From an uncultured marine group III euryarchaeote (GTDB lineage Archaea > Thermoplasmatota > Poseidoniia > MGIII > CG-Epi1): a stretch of 64,000 bases of DNA. Position numbers and translations under genes: made by a program. This document shows positions 28,335 to 37,624 of the stretch, piece after piece; position 1 is the stretch's first letter; each line of letters begins with the position of its first letter. The stretch covers positions 31,204 through 95,203 of the forward strand of contig CACOJW010000006.1 of the NCBI GenBank assembly GCA_902627615.1. The letters are read 5' to 3'. The notes under the pieces were generated by a model. That model was given only the letters and a program-made list of their open reading frames with translations. It had not been told where the DNA came from and did no database searches.

Positions 28335-29636
28335 ATGGCAGTTTCTAGCCGTTCCGGTATAATTATCTTATTTGCTACCATTACAGCGTGTACTTTGATT
28401 TTATTTCCAATTCTACAAATTGTTGTGGAAAGAGATCCTCAATTATCCGCTTATGATGATGATTGGAATGATATTTCCAAATTTAGGGAAGCACTCGAGA
28501 ATGAACCTGACACCTCGTATAATGTAAGCGCTATATTATCAAATCCTGCAGTTCTTGATGAGGTTAGTAATCCTTCTTCAACTTTACTTGTAATAGCAGG
28601 AACAGAATCACCATACACAACTCTTGAATTGGAAATACTTGTAAGTTTTATGGAAAAAGGGGGCAGCATTTTAGTTTTTGGAGATTTTGATTATTCAAAT
28701 ACTATAGCCGATTTGTTCGCAATTGAATATGTTAAACACAAACTTTGGGATAGAAATTATAGAGGTAATGTTTCTTTGATTGAAACAACAGCTTTTATCG
28801 ATGGTCAATCTTACAATGTTCTTTTGAATGAACCTGTTGCAATAAAAGCTCTCGATAGTCAAGAATTGAATCTTTGGAGTTCAGGTTTTGAATGGTCAAG
28901 AAATGTTTTCATGACTACATCCAGTAATTCCTGGATTGATTCAGATGATGATGGCGCTATAACTCCAGAAGATGAAGTTGCACCACTCTCCGGATTCACT
29001 TTAGGTATGAGTTGCGGTATGAAATCTAAAGGAGAACCTCTTGGTTCAGCTGTTTTCATCTCAGATTCTAGTTTACCAATAAACAACATGTGGTCTGAAG
29101 GTCAAAATTCAGAATTTCTTTTAGCTTTAGTCGATTCAATGATTGGAGATAGCGGAGTTATTTTGTTCGATGAATCAAGACATACTCAAGAATCATTTGG
29201 AGCAAGTCTTTTTCAGGCAGCTTTAGGTTTTTATTTTCTTTTATCAGGTGATACTCTAATTCTTCAAATTATAAGGCTAAATGTGCTTGTGGCAGTCATT
29301 ATTCTTACGATGGCATTGTCTATGCGACAGCCAGAACCAAAACGTTGGTTTCATATTTTTGATGTACGTAAACCGAGACCATTTAGATCATACGGACATA
29401 ATTTAGACAATTCAATATTGGCATTACAAGAAACGTTGTTAGAGCGTATGAGATTAAAGTATCAAATTTATGAATTCGATGAAAAGTCTAGGAAAGATAG
29501 ATTAGAATATTTACCTAATGTAGTTAAGAGTTATAATATACCCTTAGATGATGATTTTAAGATGCTTCTGGGTGCGCCTACTAAGGTAGGGCCCAATGAC
29601 CTGCGAAACATCGCTAAAAAATTGAGTACGTGGTGA
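28335..29636 (+). CDS. DUF4350-like membrane protein (N-terminal TM, extracytoplasmic domain, TM, cytoplasmic tail)
   Basis: Segment LLVIAGTESPYTTLELEILVSFMEKGGSILVFGD is typical of this family. Starts 1 nt after the upstream stop and overlaps the MoxR gene by 7 nt. Confidence 0.55.
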   Translation: MAVSSRSGIIILFATITACTLILFPILQIVVERDPQLSAYDDDWNDISKFREALENEPDTSYNVSAILSNPAVLDEVSNPSSTLLVIAGTESPYTTLELEILVSFMEKGGSILVFGDFDYSNTIADLFAIEYVKHKLWDRNYRGNVSLIETTAFIDGQSYNVLLNEPVAIKALDSQELNLWSSGFEWSRNVFMTTSSNSWIDSDDDGAITPEDEVAPLSGFTLGMSCGMKSKGEPLGSAVFISDSSLPINNMWSEGQNSEFLLALVDSMIGDSGVILFDESRHTQESFGASLFQAALGFYFLLSGDTLILQIIRLNVLVAVIILTMALSMRQPEPKRWFHIFDVRKPRPFRSYGHNLDNSILALQETLLERMRLKYQIYEFDEKSRKDRLEYLPNVVKSYNIPLDDDFKMLLGAPTKVGPNDLRNIAKKLSTW

Positions 29637-30628
29637 AATTGAGCGAAGGAAAAAAAGGAACCGGAAAAGCGATTTCCATAGAGGAAACAAATAAGGCCGC
29701 GAAATCTATTGCTGATGAAGTATCAAGCGTAGTTTTAGGTAAGGAACAAACAATAGAGATGGTTATGGCAGGAGTTTTAGCAAACGGCAATATTTTGTTC
29801 GAAGATTTTCCTGGATTGGCAAAAACTCTAATGTCCAATACATTAGCAGATGCTTTAGGTTGTGAATTTAAGAGAATTCAATTTACTCCAGATTTACTTC
29901 CGGCAGATATCACAGGCTCATATTTTTATGATCCAGAAAAGAATAAATTCACTTTCAGGGAAGGGCCTATTTTTTGTAATATACTATTAGCAGATGAAAT
30001 TAACAGAGCACCTCCAAAAACCCAAGCAGCATTATTAGAGGCAATGCAAGAAAAACAAATTACAATTGAAGGTACTACTCATAAATTGTCTCAACCATTT
30101 ATTGTTCTAGCCACTCAGAATCCTATTGAATATGAAGGAACTTATCCTTTACCAGAAGCTCAAATGGATCGGTTTTTGATCAAGCTTAGCGTAGGATACC
30201 CAGATGAAGATGTAGAAACTGGTATTTTGCAAGGTCGTTCAGAACGTAAAAAAGATTCATTCGCAGTTAAGGCAAGAGCCTCACCTGAGGAAGTGGTTGC
30301 AATGCATGAATCGATAGAGGAAGTTTATGTTAAGAAAGAAGTAATGCGCTATATTGTGAATTTGGTTCAAGCAACTCGTCGTGACCCTCGAGTGGCAGTT
30401 GGCTCTAGTCCTCGTGGAAGTTTGGGTTTGTTTAAGTTATCAAGAGCTCTAGCAGTATTGTCCGGCAGAGATTACGTAGTTCCAGATGACATTAAGAGAG
30501 CAGCACTTCCAGTTCTCGGCCACAGAGTAATTTTGAAACCTGAGGCGCGCATCCGTGGCGTTAAGGTAGAAGAAATTATATCTGAATTATTAATGACAGT
30601 TGAAGTTCCTGCTGTTACAGTGGAATAG
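29630..30628 (+). CDS. moxR: MoxR-family AAA+ ATPase
   Basis: Walker A variant DFPGLAKT, Walker B LLADEINRAPPKTQAALLEAMQE, and ATQNPIEYEGTYPLPEAQMDRF. GTG start. Confidence 0.88.
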   Translation: MVKLSEGKKGTGKAISIEETNKAAKSIADEVSSVVLGKEQTIEMVMAGVLANGNILFEDFPGLAKTLMSNTLADALGCEFKRIQFTPDLLPADITGSYFYDPEKNKFTFREGPIFCNILLADEINRAPPKTQAALLEAMQEKQITIEGTTHKLSQPFIVLATQNPIEYEGTYPLPEAQMDRFLIKLSVGYPDEDVETGILQGRSERKKDSFAVKARASPEEVVAMHESIEEVYVKKEVMRYIVNLVQATRRDPRVAVGSSPRGSLGLFKLSRALAVLSGRDYVVPDDIKRAALPVLGHRVILKPEARIRGVKVEEIISELLMTVEVPAVTVE

Positions 30629-30636
30629 TATAGCAA

Positions 30637-31884
30637 ATGTGGACTCGTAAGGCCGTGGTATATGCTGGCCTTGGAACAATCCTAGTTCTATTTTCTCCAT
30701 TTATTAATAATCTTCAATTGTTTTTATTGGGTACAACTATATTGGGTTTCGTAGCTATTCACAGCTTAGTTAATACCAGTCCAATTGATGTTAAAGTTAC
30801 AAGAACTTTTGATTCAGATCAAGTGTTTGAAAACAGTAATGTAAGTGTTGATTTAATTATACAAAACAAGGGACGTTCTGTTGGTTTTTTAGAAATATAC
30901 GATAATTTACCTTCTGAACTCGAAGTAAACAACGGCTTAAATCATACAATCATAAAATTAAGAAAAGAGGAATTAGTAATTAATAAATACAATTTAGACT
31001 GTCGACTTCGAGGTCAATACAGATTAGGAAATCCTAGTTTGAGAATTTATAATCCTTCATTCTTATTTTATTATGAAGCAGATATTGAATCTAAGTCTAG
31101 TTTGGTTGTTTTACCACAGATCGAGCAGATTGAAGGTGTAGATTTATCTACAGATTTCCCTAAAATGTATCAGGGAGCTATGCCTATCAGAAGGATAGGA
31201 ACAAGTGGAGAGTTTTACGGGATTCGTGAATATATGCCAGGCGATGATTTTAAGAATATTAACTGGAGAGTTTTCGGAAGAACGAGAAAACTAATGGTTA
31301 ATCAATTCGAAAGAGAAGATATTTCAGATATTATGCTTGTGCTTGATGCAAGAGAAATTTCAGGAACAGGTACGGTATTGAGAAATCCATTAAATTATTC
31401 TTGTAGAGCTGCAGCCTCTTTGACTAGTTTCTTTCTAAGAGCTCGTAACAGAGTGGGTTTAACGATCTATGGTGAAACTGTTAACGTAATCCCTCCGGAC
31501 ACTGGAGAGAGACATCTTTATCGCATTTTAACAGCTTTAGCAGAAGTTAAGCCAAGCGGGGGGTTAGGTCTTCACACGGTATTGGGAGATTTGCGTAATT
31601 TCACTCCTAGATCTCCAGTAATGGTTCTTTCTACGTTAGAAAGCGATCCAACCAGTACGACAGCCCTCAGAGAAATTACTGCAAGAGGTTTCAAGCTAAC
31701 AGTTATTGCTCCAGACACATTGGATTATGATCGTGAGGCACGTATAATATCTCCAACAGTTTATTTCACAGCTTCAGCTTCATTAGACAACAAAATCACT
31801 GAGGCACGTTCACTCGGTGCCAGAGCTATGCGTTGGGATCCTGAAAGCGTACTATCAACATCTCTAGCGGAGGTTGTAGTTTGA
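30637..31884 (+). CDS. DUF58 protein (vWA-like partner of MoxR) with N-terminal TM helices
   Basis: Signature FYGIREYMPGDDFKNINWRVFGRTRKLMVNQFERE followed by an LVLDA vWA-like strand. Confidence 0.8.
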   Translation: MWTRKAVVYAGLGTILVLFSPFINNLQLFLLGTTILGFVAIHSLVNTSPIDVKVTRTFDSDQVFENSNVSVDLIIQNKGRSVGFLEIYDNLPSELEVNNGLNHTIIKLRKEELVINKYNLDCRLRGQYRLGNPSLRIYNPSFLFYYEADIESKSSLVVLPQIEQIEGVDLSTDFPKMYQGAMPIRRIGTSGEFYGIREYMPGDDFKNINWRVFGRTRKLMVNQFEREDISDIMLVLDAREISGTGTVLRNPLNYSCRAAASLTSFFLRARNRVGLTIYGETVNVIPPDTGERHLYRILTALAEVKPSGGLGLHTVLGDLRNFTPRSPVMVLSTLESDPTSTTALREITARGFKLTVIAPDTLDYDREARIISPTVYFTASASLDNKITEARSLGARAMRWDPESVLSTSLAEVVV

Positions 31885-32726
31885 ATACAACAAATAGTTT
31901 ATCTCTGATGCAGGGAATTGCAACTTTCTCGCTGATGTTTAGTCTGGGTCTTGCATATGTGATAAACCCCATAGATGATTCTCTTTTTTTCAAAGCATTA
32001 GATGGGATAATTTCAGGAATTTATGGAAAAGAGGTATTAGATGAATTAAATAATTCTGCAGTTGCAGGAATGCTAGTTGGGCTTTTTGCAGGTACTTTGT
32101 TTGTCTTTTTGAGCATGAATAAAAAAGTTTATAATTATTCTATTTTATTTTTGTTTACATTTTCATCTTTAGTCTTTCTAGCAGACATAATGAATTATGA
32201 TTCTTTCCCATATCAAGTAACTCAGCAATTATTCCTTTGGTTTTGGATAGGCCTTCCAATATTTGTTGGAATAATTGGGATATGGCAAGATTATATAGGT
32301 AATCAAATTGTTGCAGCTTTTTTAGTTTTGGTTATGCCTTTAGGTTTGTCAGGAAATACTAATGAGCAAATTTATCCAATTCTTGGATTTGTATTTTCTT
32401 TTATGCTATATATTGAGTTAAGCTATGGGCATACCAGGTATAGCCGACTTGCAAGAGTAATGCATTATTCTAGAGAATATGAAACAGTTTTACAATGGTT
32501 TTTAGTTACTTTAGTAATAACTCTAGCTTTGACCACAGGATTAACATCAATAGCTTTCTTATTTCACGATTTTCTTAGTGGTTTACTTCCCTACAGCTTC
32601 AGGAATTCTATAGAATTTAATACGATATACGGGCAAGCATTATCGGTTATGGTCTTTTTTATGATATGGGCTGTTGTTCAAACTTTATTTTCACGCGGTT
32701 ATCTTGCTCGACAAGTAGAAGATTAA
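31881..32726 (+). CDS. Polytopic membrane protein, last gene of the MoxR/DUF58 cluster
   Basis: About seven hydrophobic helices. Overlaps the DUF58 gene by 4 nt. TTG start; ATG at 31908 is an alternative. Confidence 0.5.
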   Translation: MNTTNSLSLMQGIATFSLMFSLGLAYVINPIDDSLFFKALDGIISGIYGKEVLDELNNSAVAGMLVGLFAGTLFVFLSMNKKVYNYSILFLFTFSSLVFLADIMNYDSFPYQVTQQLFLWFWIGLPIFVGIIGIWQDYIGNQIVAAFLVLVMPLGLSGNTNEQIYPILGFVFSFMLYIELSYGHTRYSRLARVMHYSREYETVLQWFLVTLVITLALTTGLTSIAFLFHDFLSGLLPYSFRNSIEFNTIYGQALSVMVFFMIWAVVQTLFSRGYLARQVED

Positions 32727-32767
32727 AACAGAAACTTCAAAAACACACACATCTGTAATTGTATTAC

Positions 32768-35083
32768 ATGGATAGTCCCTCGAAGCTAGAAAAGGATTAC
32801 AAGTATTGGGAAATTACTAAGGATTTAATCGATCAATGTATAGATATTACTCTTAATTTAAGTCAAAGTGGGCATCCAGGAGGTTCACGTTCAAAAGTCC
32901 ACGGAATGTTAATCACACTTCTGTCTGGAGCCATGCGATGGGATATACGTGATCCAACAAAGCGTTTTGCAGACAGATTTGTTTTAGTTGCAGGACACGA
33001 TAATCCAATGGTGTACGCTACATTAGCAATATTAAATGAAGCATTAAGATTGAAATACTCCCAAACTAAAGATTCCAAATATCTCGTAAGAAATGGGGAG
33101 GAATTTCAATTAGTGTGGGAAGATTTGCTTACACTTCGTAAGAATAAAGGCCTCCCAGGGCATGCAGAGATGGAGGGTAAGACACTTTTTTTCAAATTTA
33201 ATACAGGTCCGAGTGGACACGGTTCTCCTGCAGCAGCAGGAGAGGCCTTAGCTCATAAACTGGCAGGTACTGATCAGGTTAAAGTTTTTGCATTTGAAGG
33301 AGAAGGTGGATTGAGTACGGGAGCAACTCATGAAACGTTAAATTCTTCATGGGGTTTGGGTCTTGGAAATATAGTATATTACATTGATTGGAACGATTTT
33401 GGAATAGATAGCCGTCCTTTTAGTTCAATTGTCAAATCAACGCCTCAAGAGTTGTTTGAAACTAGTGGTTGGCATGTCGAAGGGACCGACGATAATGAAG
33501 ATTGGGAGTCTTTCACTAAGGCATATTATGATCTTTTAGTGGGAAAGGCTAAGAAAAATATTCCAAAGATGGTTTATGCTAAATCAAGAAAAGGTAGAGG
33601 TTATCACGTTTTTGATGAAAAGTCACATGGCGTTCCCCATAAACGAAACTCTGATTTATTTTGGAAGACTAAAGAAGATTTTATGAAGAAGTATGATGTT
33701 TCTTTCTCTAATTTTGGGGAGAAAGCTGCAGACTCTCGAAAGGATCAAGTAGAACAAGCAAGAGCATACTTCCACCAAGTCATATCTGTAATGCATGATA
33801 ATCAATCTTTAGTTGATTATTTAGCAGATAGGTTGGTAGAAATAGGAGATTCCGTTCCTGACTCAATTGATAGCTGTATAGTTTCAGAATCAAACCCCCT
33901 TGATGATAAATCACTTTTTGATTATTCAAACTATCCTAAAGATTTGTTTGTAGAACCAGGTACTAAGATTCCAAATCGTGTAGGTTTTTCTAAGGTGGCA
34001 TCCTGGTTAAATTCCCATAGTCGTAAAAATCATGGTAGACCTTTGTTCGTTGCAATGTCTGCAGATTTAGCAGATTCAACGAATATCTCAGGTTTTGCAA
34101 AGGGTTGGGATAATATGGATGATCTGGGGATGTATGATAAAGTCTCAAATACCGAATCTCCATTAATGCCTCAGGGCATAACTGAATTTACTAATTCAGG
34201 AATGATGGCAGGATTATCTACAGTAAATTTCAATAAAGATACACTTGAGGAATACAATGGATTTATTGGCTCGTTTAGTACATATGGTTCTTTTAGTTAT
34301 TTGAAATACGGCCCTATTCGGTTATTTAGTCAAGTAGCTCAAGATTCTCAAATTAAGGTAGGAAAATTATTGTGGGTGGCAGGTCATTCAGGTCCTGAAA
34401 CGGCAGAAGATAGTCGAACACATTTTGGTATTTTTGCTCCTGGTGTTACACAATTGTTCCCTGATGGACACATAATAAATTTACATCCTTGGGAGCACAA
34501 TGATGTTGCCCCGGCTCTAGCTGCAGCCTTTGCCACAGACGTACCAATTGTAGCTTTACATCTAACAAGGCCTGCGATAGAAGTTCCAGACAGAGAAAAA
34601 TTAGGTATTTCCAGTCACTTAAATGCATCAAAAGGAGCATACTTAATCCGAGATTACGACTCTAGACCTAAAGAGGGTGTTGTGATTGTAAGAGGAACAA
34701 GTTCAACAAATACTATTGTTTCTATTCTTGAAGAATTAGGTGCTAAGCATAACGTAAAAATTGTGTCAGCAATTTCATGGGAATTATTTAACAGACAAAG
34801 TAAGTCTTACAAAGATTCTATTATTTCAGATAAAGAATGGTCAGATTCAATGGTTGTTACTAATACGGGACTTAGAATTATGCATAAATGGATCTCAAAC
34901 CGTATAGTTTCAGAGTATTCAGTTTCTCCAGATTGGGATAATAACTGGAGAACTGGCGGAAGTGTCGATGAAATTATTGATGAAGCCCACCTGAGTCCTC
35001 GTTGGGTTTTAGAAGCTATAAAAAAATTTGCTTCCGAGCGTAATATTAGATTAGAAAGACTTAACAACCAACTTCCAAACTAA
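32768..35083 (+). CDS. Transketolase-family thiamine-diphosphate enzyme (divergent, ~770 aa)
   Basis: SGHPGGS, DRFVLVAGH, GHAE and TGPSGHG, plus the TPP motif as EGEGG..(x)..NIVYYIDWND (GEG instead of GDG). I prefer ATG at 32768 over the track start at 32759. Confidence 0.7.
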   Translation: MDSPSKLEKDYKYWEITKDLIDQCIDITLNLSQSGHPGGSRSKVHGMLITLLSGAMRWDIRDPTKRFADRFVLVAGHDNPMVYATLAILNEALRLKYSQTKDSKYLVRNGEEFQLVWEDLLTLRKNKGLPGHAEMEGKTLFFKFNTGPSGHGSPAAAGEALAHKLAGTDQVKVFAFEGEGGLSTGATHETLNSSWGLGLGNIVYYIDWNDFGIDSRPFSSIVKSTPQELFETSGWHVEGTDDNEDWESFTKAYYDLLVGKAKKNIPKMVYAKSRKGRGYHVFDEKSHGVPHKRNSDLFWKTKEDFMKKYDVSFSNFGEKAADSRKDQVEQARAYFHQVISVMHDNQSLVDYLADRLVEIGDSVPDSIDSCIVSESNPLDDKSLFDYSNYPKDLFVEPGTKIPNRVGFSKVASWLNSHSRKNHGRPLFVAMSADLADSTNISGFAKGWDNMDDLGMYDKVSNTESPLMPQGITEFTNSGMMAGLSTVNFNKDTLEEYNGFIGSFSTYGSFSYLKYGPIRLFSQVAQDSQIKVGKLLWVAGHSGPETAEDSRTHFGIFAPGVTQLFPDGHIINLHPWEHNDVAPALAAAFATDVPIVALHLTRPAIEVPDREKLGISSHLNASKGAYLIRDYDSRPKEGVVIVRGTSSTNTIVSILEELGAKHNVKIVSAISWELFNRQSKSYKDSIISDKEWSDSMVVTNTGLRIMHKWISNRIVSEYSVSPDWDNNWRTGGSVDEIIDEAHLSPRWVLEAIKKFASERNIRLERLNNQLPN

Positions 35084-35088
35084 GATTA

Positions 35089-35679
35089 ATGTCTTACGAA
35101 AATTTTCCTGTTGCAGTTGTTGATAATGGAGGTCAATGGACTCACAGAGAATATAGAGTTCTAAATTATTTGGGTTGTAGGGCTGAGATAGTCTCCAACG
35201 TGACACCAGTTGAGGAGTTAGAGAGATTTAAGGCCTTAGTTCTTTCAGGAGGTGCACCTCGAATTGAAACAGAATCAGAGGCTCTTGGTTTGACATCTGA
35301 ATATATCGATTCAGAAAAATGGCCCATACTTGGTATATGTGTAGGTCATCAATATATGGCTACTCATTTTGGAGGAAAGGCAGGTCCTGCAGAAATTCCA
35401 GAATTTGGTTCTTCATTATTGACACTAATAGATGAGGGTTGGATATTAGCTGGCTTTCCTAAAGAGTTCAATGTTTGGGAGTCACATAATGATGAAGTTC
35501 ATGAAATGCCAACAGGTTTTAGGTTGTTAGCTTCTTCAGATGCTTGTCAGGTGCAGGTAATACAGCATGAGCATTTACCTTACGCTGGTGTTCAATATCA
35601 TCCAGAAGTTGAGCACAGTGAGTATGGGTCTGAACTTTTCCAAAATTTTCTTAAAAAAGCGATTGATTGGAATGGGTAA
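35089..35679 (+). CDS. guaAA: Class-I glutamine amidotransferase, GMP synthase subunit A type
   Basis: VVDNGGQWTHREYRVL, nucleophile elbow GICVGHQ, and QYHPEVEHSE. The ~190-aa size is typical of the split archaeal GuaA. Confidence 0.7.
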   Translation: MSYENFPVAVVDNGGQWTHREYRVLNYLGCRAEIVSNVTPVEELERFKALVLSGGAPRIETESEALGLTSEYIDSEKWPILGICVGHQYMATHFGGKAGPAEIPEFGSSLLTLIDEGWILAGFPKEFNVWESHNDEVHEMPTGFRLLASSDACQVQVIQHEHLPYAGVQYHPEVEHSEYGSELFQNFLKKAIDWNG

Positions 35680-35747
35680 TAGTCTGATTGTTTTTTTTTA
35701 TGAAACAATAGGTATTCTGTATTTAAACTGGGCGTTCCTGGTCAATT

Positions 35748-37622
35748 ATGGCCGATTTAATTACTAGATTGTTTAGCCTGGGTTCAAAATTAACAAATCT
35801 TCCAGAGGATAAAGAAAAAGCCATTAGTGGTTACGGCTATTATGATTGGGCCAAATCTGCGTTTGAATGTAGTGTCACTCTAGCAATTATTCCAGTTTGG
35901 TATACAGCTTTGTTCCTTAAGGCTAATGGCCTTACTGTTTCACTTTTTTCGCAGTCTATGACTGCTGACGCAATATTTACTCTAATAGTGGCAATTTCAA
36001 CTCTTTCTGTAGCGATAATTAGTCCACCACTTGGAGTTATTGCAGATCGTAGACTTGTTAAGATGCGCTGGTTAAAGATTTTAACCATATTAGGTGCGGG
36101 TGGGACATTTTTAATTGCAATGGCTCCTTTCTTTGGAAATGCAGCCTGGATTTGGATTTTAGTAATGTATCTCTTTGCAAATATAGGTCTTAATGGGGCA
36201 GGAGTTTTTTACAATGCACTACTTCCTCACTTGGGTAAACCTGATGAATTGGACGACATATCAAATCGGGCGTTTGCTTATGGGTATTTGGGTGCAGGTG
36301 TTCTTCTTGTTCTTCATCTTGTCATTTTATTAGCAACGGATTTTGCTGAGTGGGCAATTCAATTTTCATTGGCTTCATCAGGAATTTGGTGGTATGGTTT
36401 CGCGCTGATTACATTTGCATGGGTTCCTGAACCTCCTGTTGAAAACGAAATGGAAAAATTAAAGTTTAGGGATGCTGCGAGGTTTGCAGTTGGAGAAGTT
36501 AAGCAAACTTTGAAAGATTACAAAGATTTTCCACATTTATTTTTGTACATGCTGGCTTATTTCCTTTTCATAGATGGAATAAACACAGTAACAGCTCTGG
36601 CAGGAGTTTATGGAACTACAGTTTTAGGCATTGGATTTACGGGATTAATTCTTGCACTTCTCGTTGTTCAATTTGTTGCAGCGCCGTCAGCTATATTTTT
36701 TACTAAATTGGCAGAGAAAAAAGGTACAAAAAATGCTCTGATGATTTCGATAACTGGTTGGGTCGTTTTGTGCTTTGCAGGTCTATGTTTCGCTCCTTTA
36801 GAGTTGGAAACACACGAAGATTATGATGTTTTATATGAATGGAACGAGGGAGATAATGCATATTCAGTTTACATTTCATGGTCGGCAAATGATTTAGCTC
36901 AAAAATTAGATTACGAAGATGAAGAATTTGATGAGCAAGCCTGGGCTAAAGAGTGGTCATATCTTCTTCCTACTAAAGTTAATGAAGATGATAAAAATAT
37001 TTTGGAATGGTCATGGGGTGATTCTGAAGAGGAGCCAAATATGATTAAACTTACAGGAGTATCAAACGAAAATATAACTTCCTTTGTATCTTCAATTGAT
37101 AAAACTAGGTTTAGTGTAAGTATATTTGGAGGAGAATTAGATGGGGAAGCAAACGTAGGTGAAGATCACCCAACTAATTTAGGAGATGGAGTTTTGGATA
37201 GTATTCCAATCTGGGCTAGGGACAATGTTTGGAAGCCCTTAGGTATGGATGTTTTTACTCAGTTTATAGTTCTTGGTTGTTTTATGGGGACTTTGTTGGG
37301 AGGTTCACAAGGTCTTGCACGCAGTTTGTTTGGTCAAATAGTTCCTGAAACTAGGAGTACGGAATTTTATAGTTTTCTTGGATTTTTTAACAAAGTTGCT
37401 GCCTTCTTAGGTCCTGCACTTTACACAATAATGGCAGTAATGTATGATAGTCGTGCAGGTATTTTCAGTATTGCTTTCCTTCTTTTATTAGGTGCTATTT
37501 TACTATATAGAGTTGATATTGAAGCTGGAATAAGAGACGCAGAAGCTGAGGACATTAGAGTAAGGAAATTATTAGAGGAACCTTCAGAACCGGATTTTGA
37601 TTCTATGCACAACCAAGAATAA
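35748..37622 (+). CDS. MFS transporter, UMF1/Atg22-like family, with a ~140-aa acidic loop insertion
   Basis: YDWAKSAF N-terminal motif and 12 hydrophobic helices. The insertion is ETHEDYDVLYEW...WARDNVW, at ~36790-37240. Confidence 0.7.
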   Translation: MADLITRLFSLGSKLTNLPEDKEKAISGYGYYDWAKSAFECSVTLAIIPVWYTALFLKANGLTVSLFSQSMTADAIFTLIVAISTLSVAIISPPLGVIADRRLVKMRWLKILTILGAGGTFLIAMAPFFGNAAWIWILVMYLFANIGLNGAGVFYNALLPHLGKPDELDDISNRAFAYGYLGAGVLLVLHLVILLATDFAEWAIQFSLASSGIWWYGFALITFAWVPEPPVENEMEKLKFRDAARFAVGEVKQTLKDYKDFPHLFLYMLAYFLFIDGINTVTALAGVYGTTVLGIGFTGLILALLVVQFVAAPSAIFFTKLAEKKGTKNALMISITGWVVLCFAGLCFAPLELETHEDYDVLYEWNEGDNAYSVYISWSANDLAQKLDYEDEEFDEQAWAKEWSYLLPTKVNEDDKNILEWSWGDSEEEPNMIKLTGVSNENITSFVSSIDKTRFSVSIFGGELDGEANVGEDHPTNLGDGVLDSIPIWARDNVWKPLGMDVFTQFIVLGCFMGTLLGGSQGLARSLFGQIVPETRSTEFYSFLGFFNKVAAFLGPALYTIMAVMYDSRAGIFSIAFLLLLGAILLYRVDIEAGIRDAEAEDIRVRKLLEEPSEPDFDSMHNQE

Positions 37623-37624
37623 AT

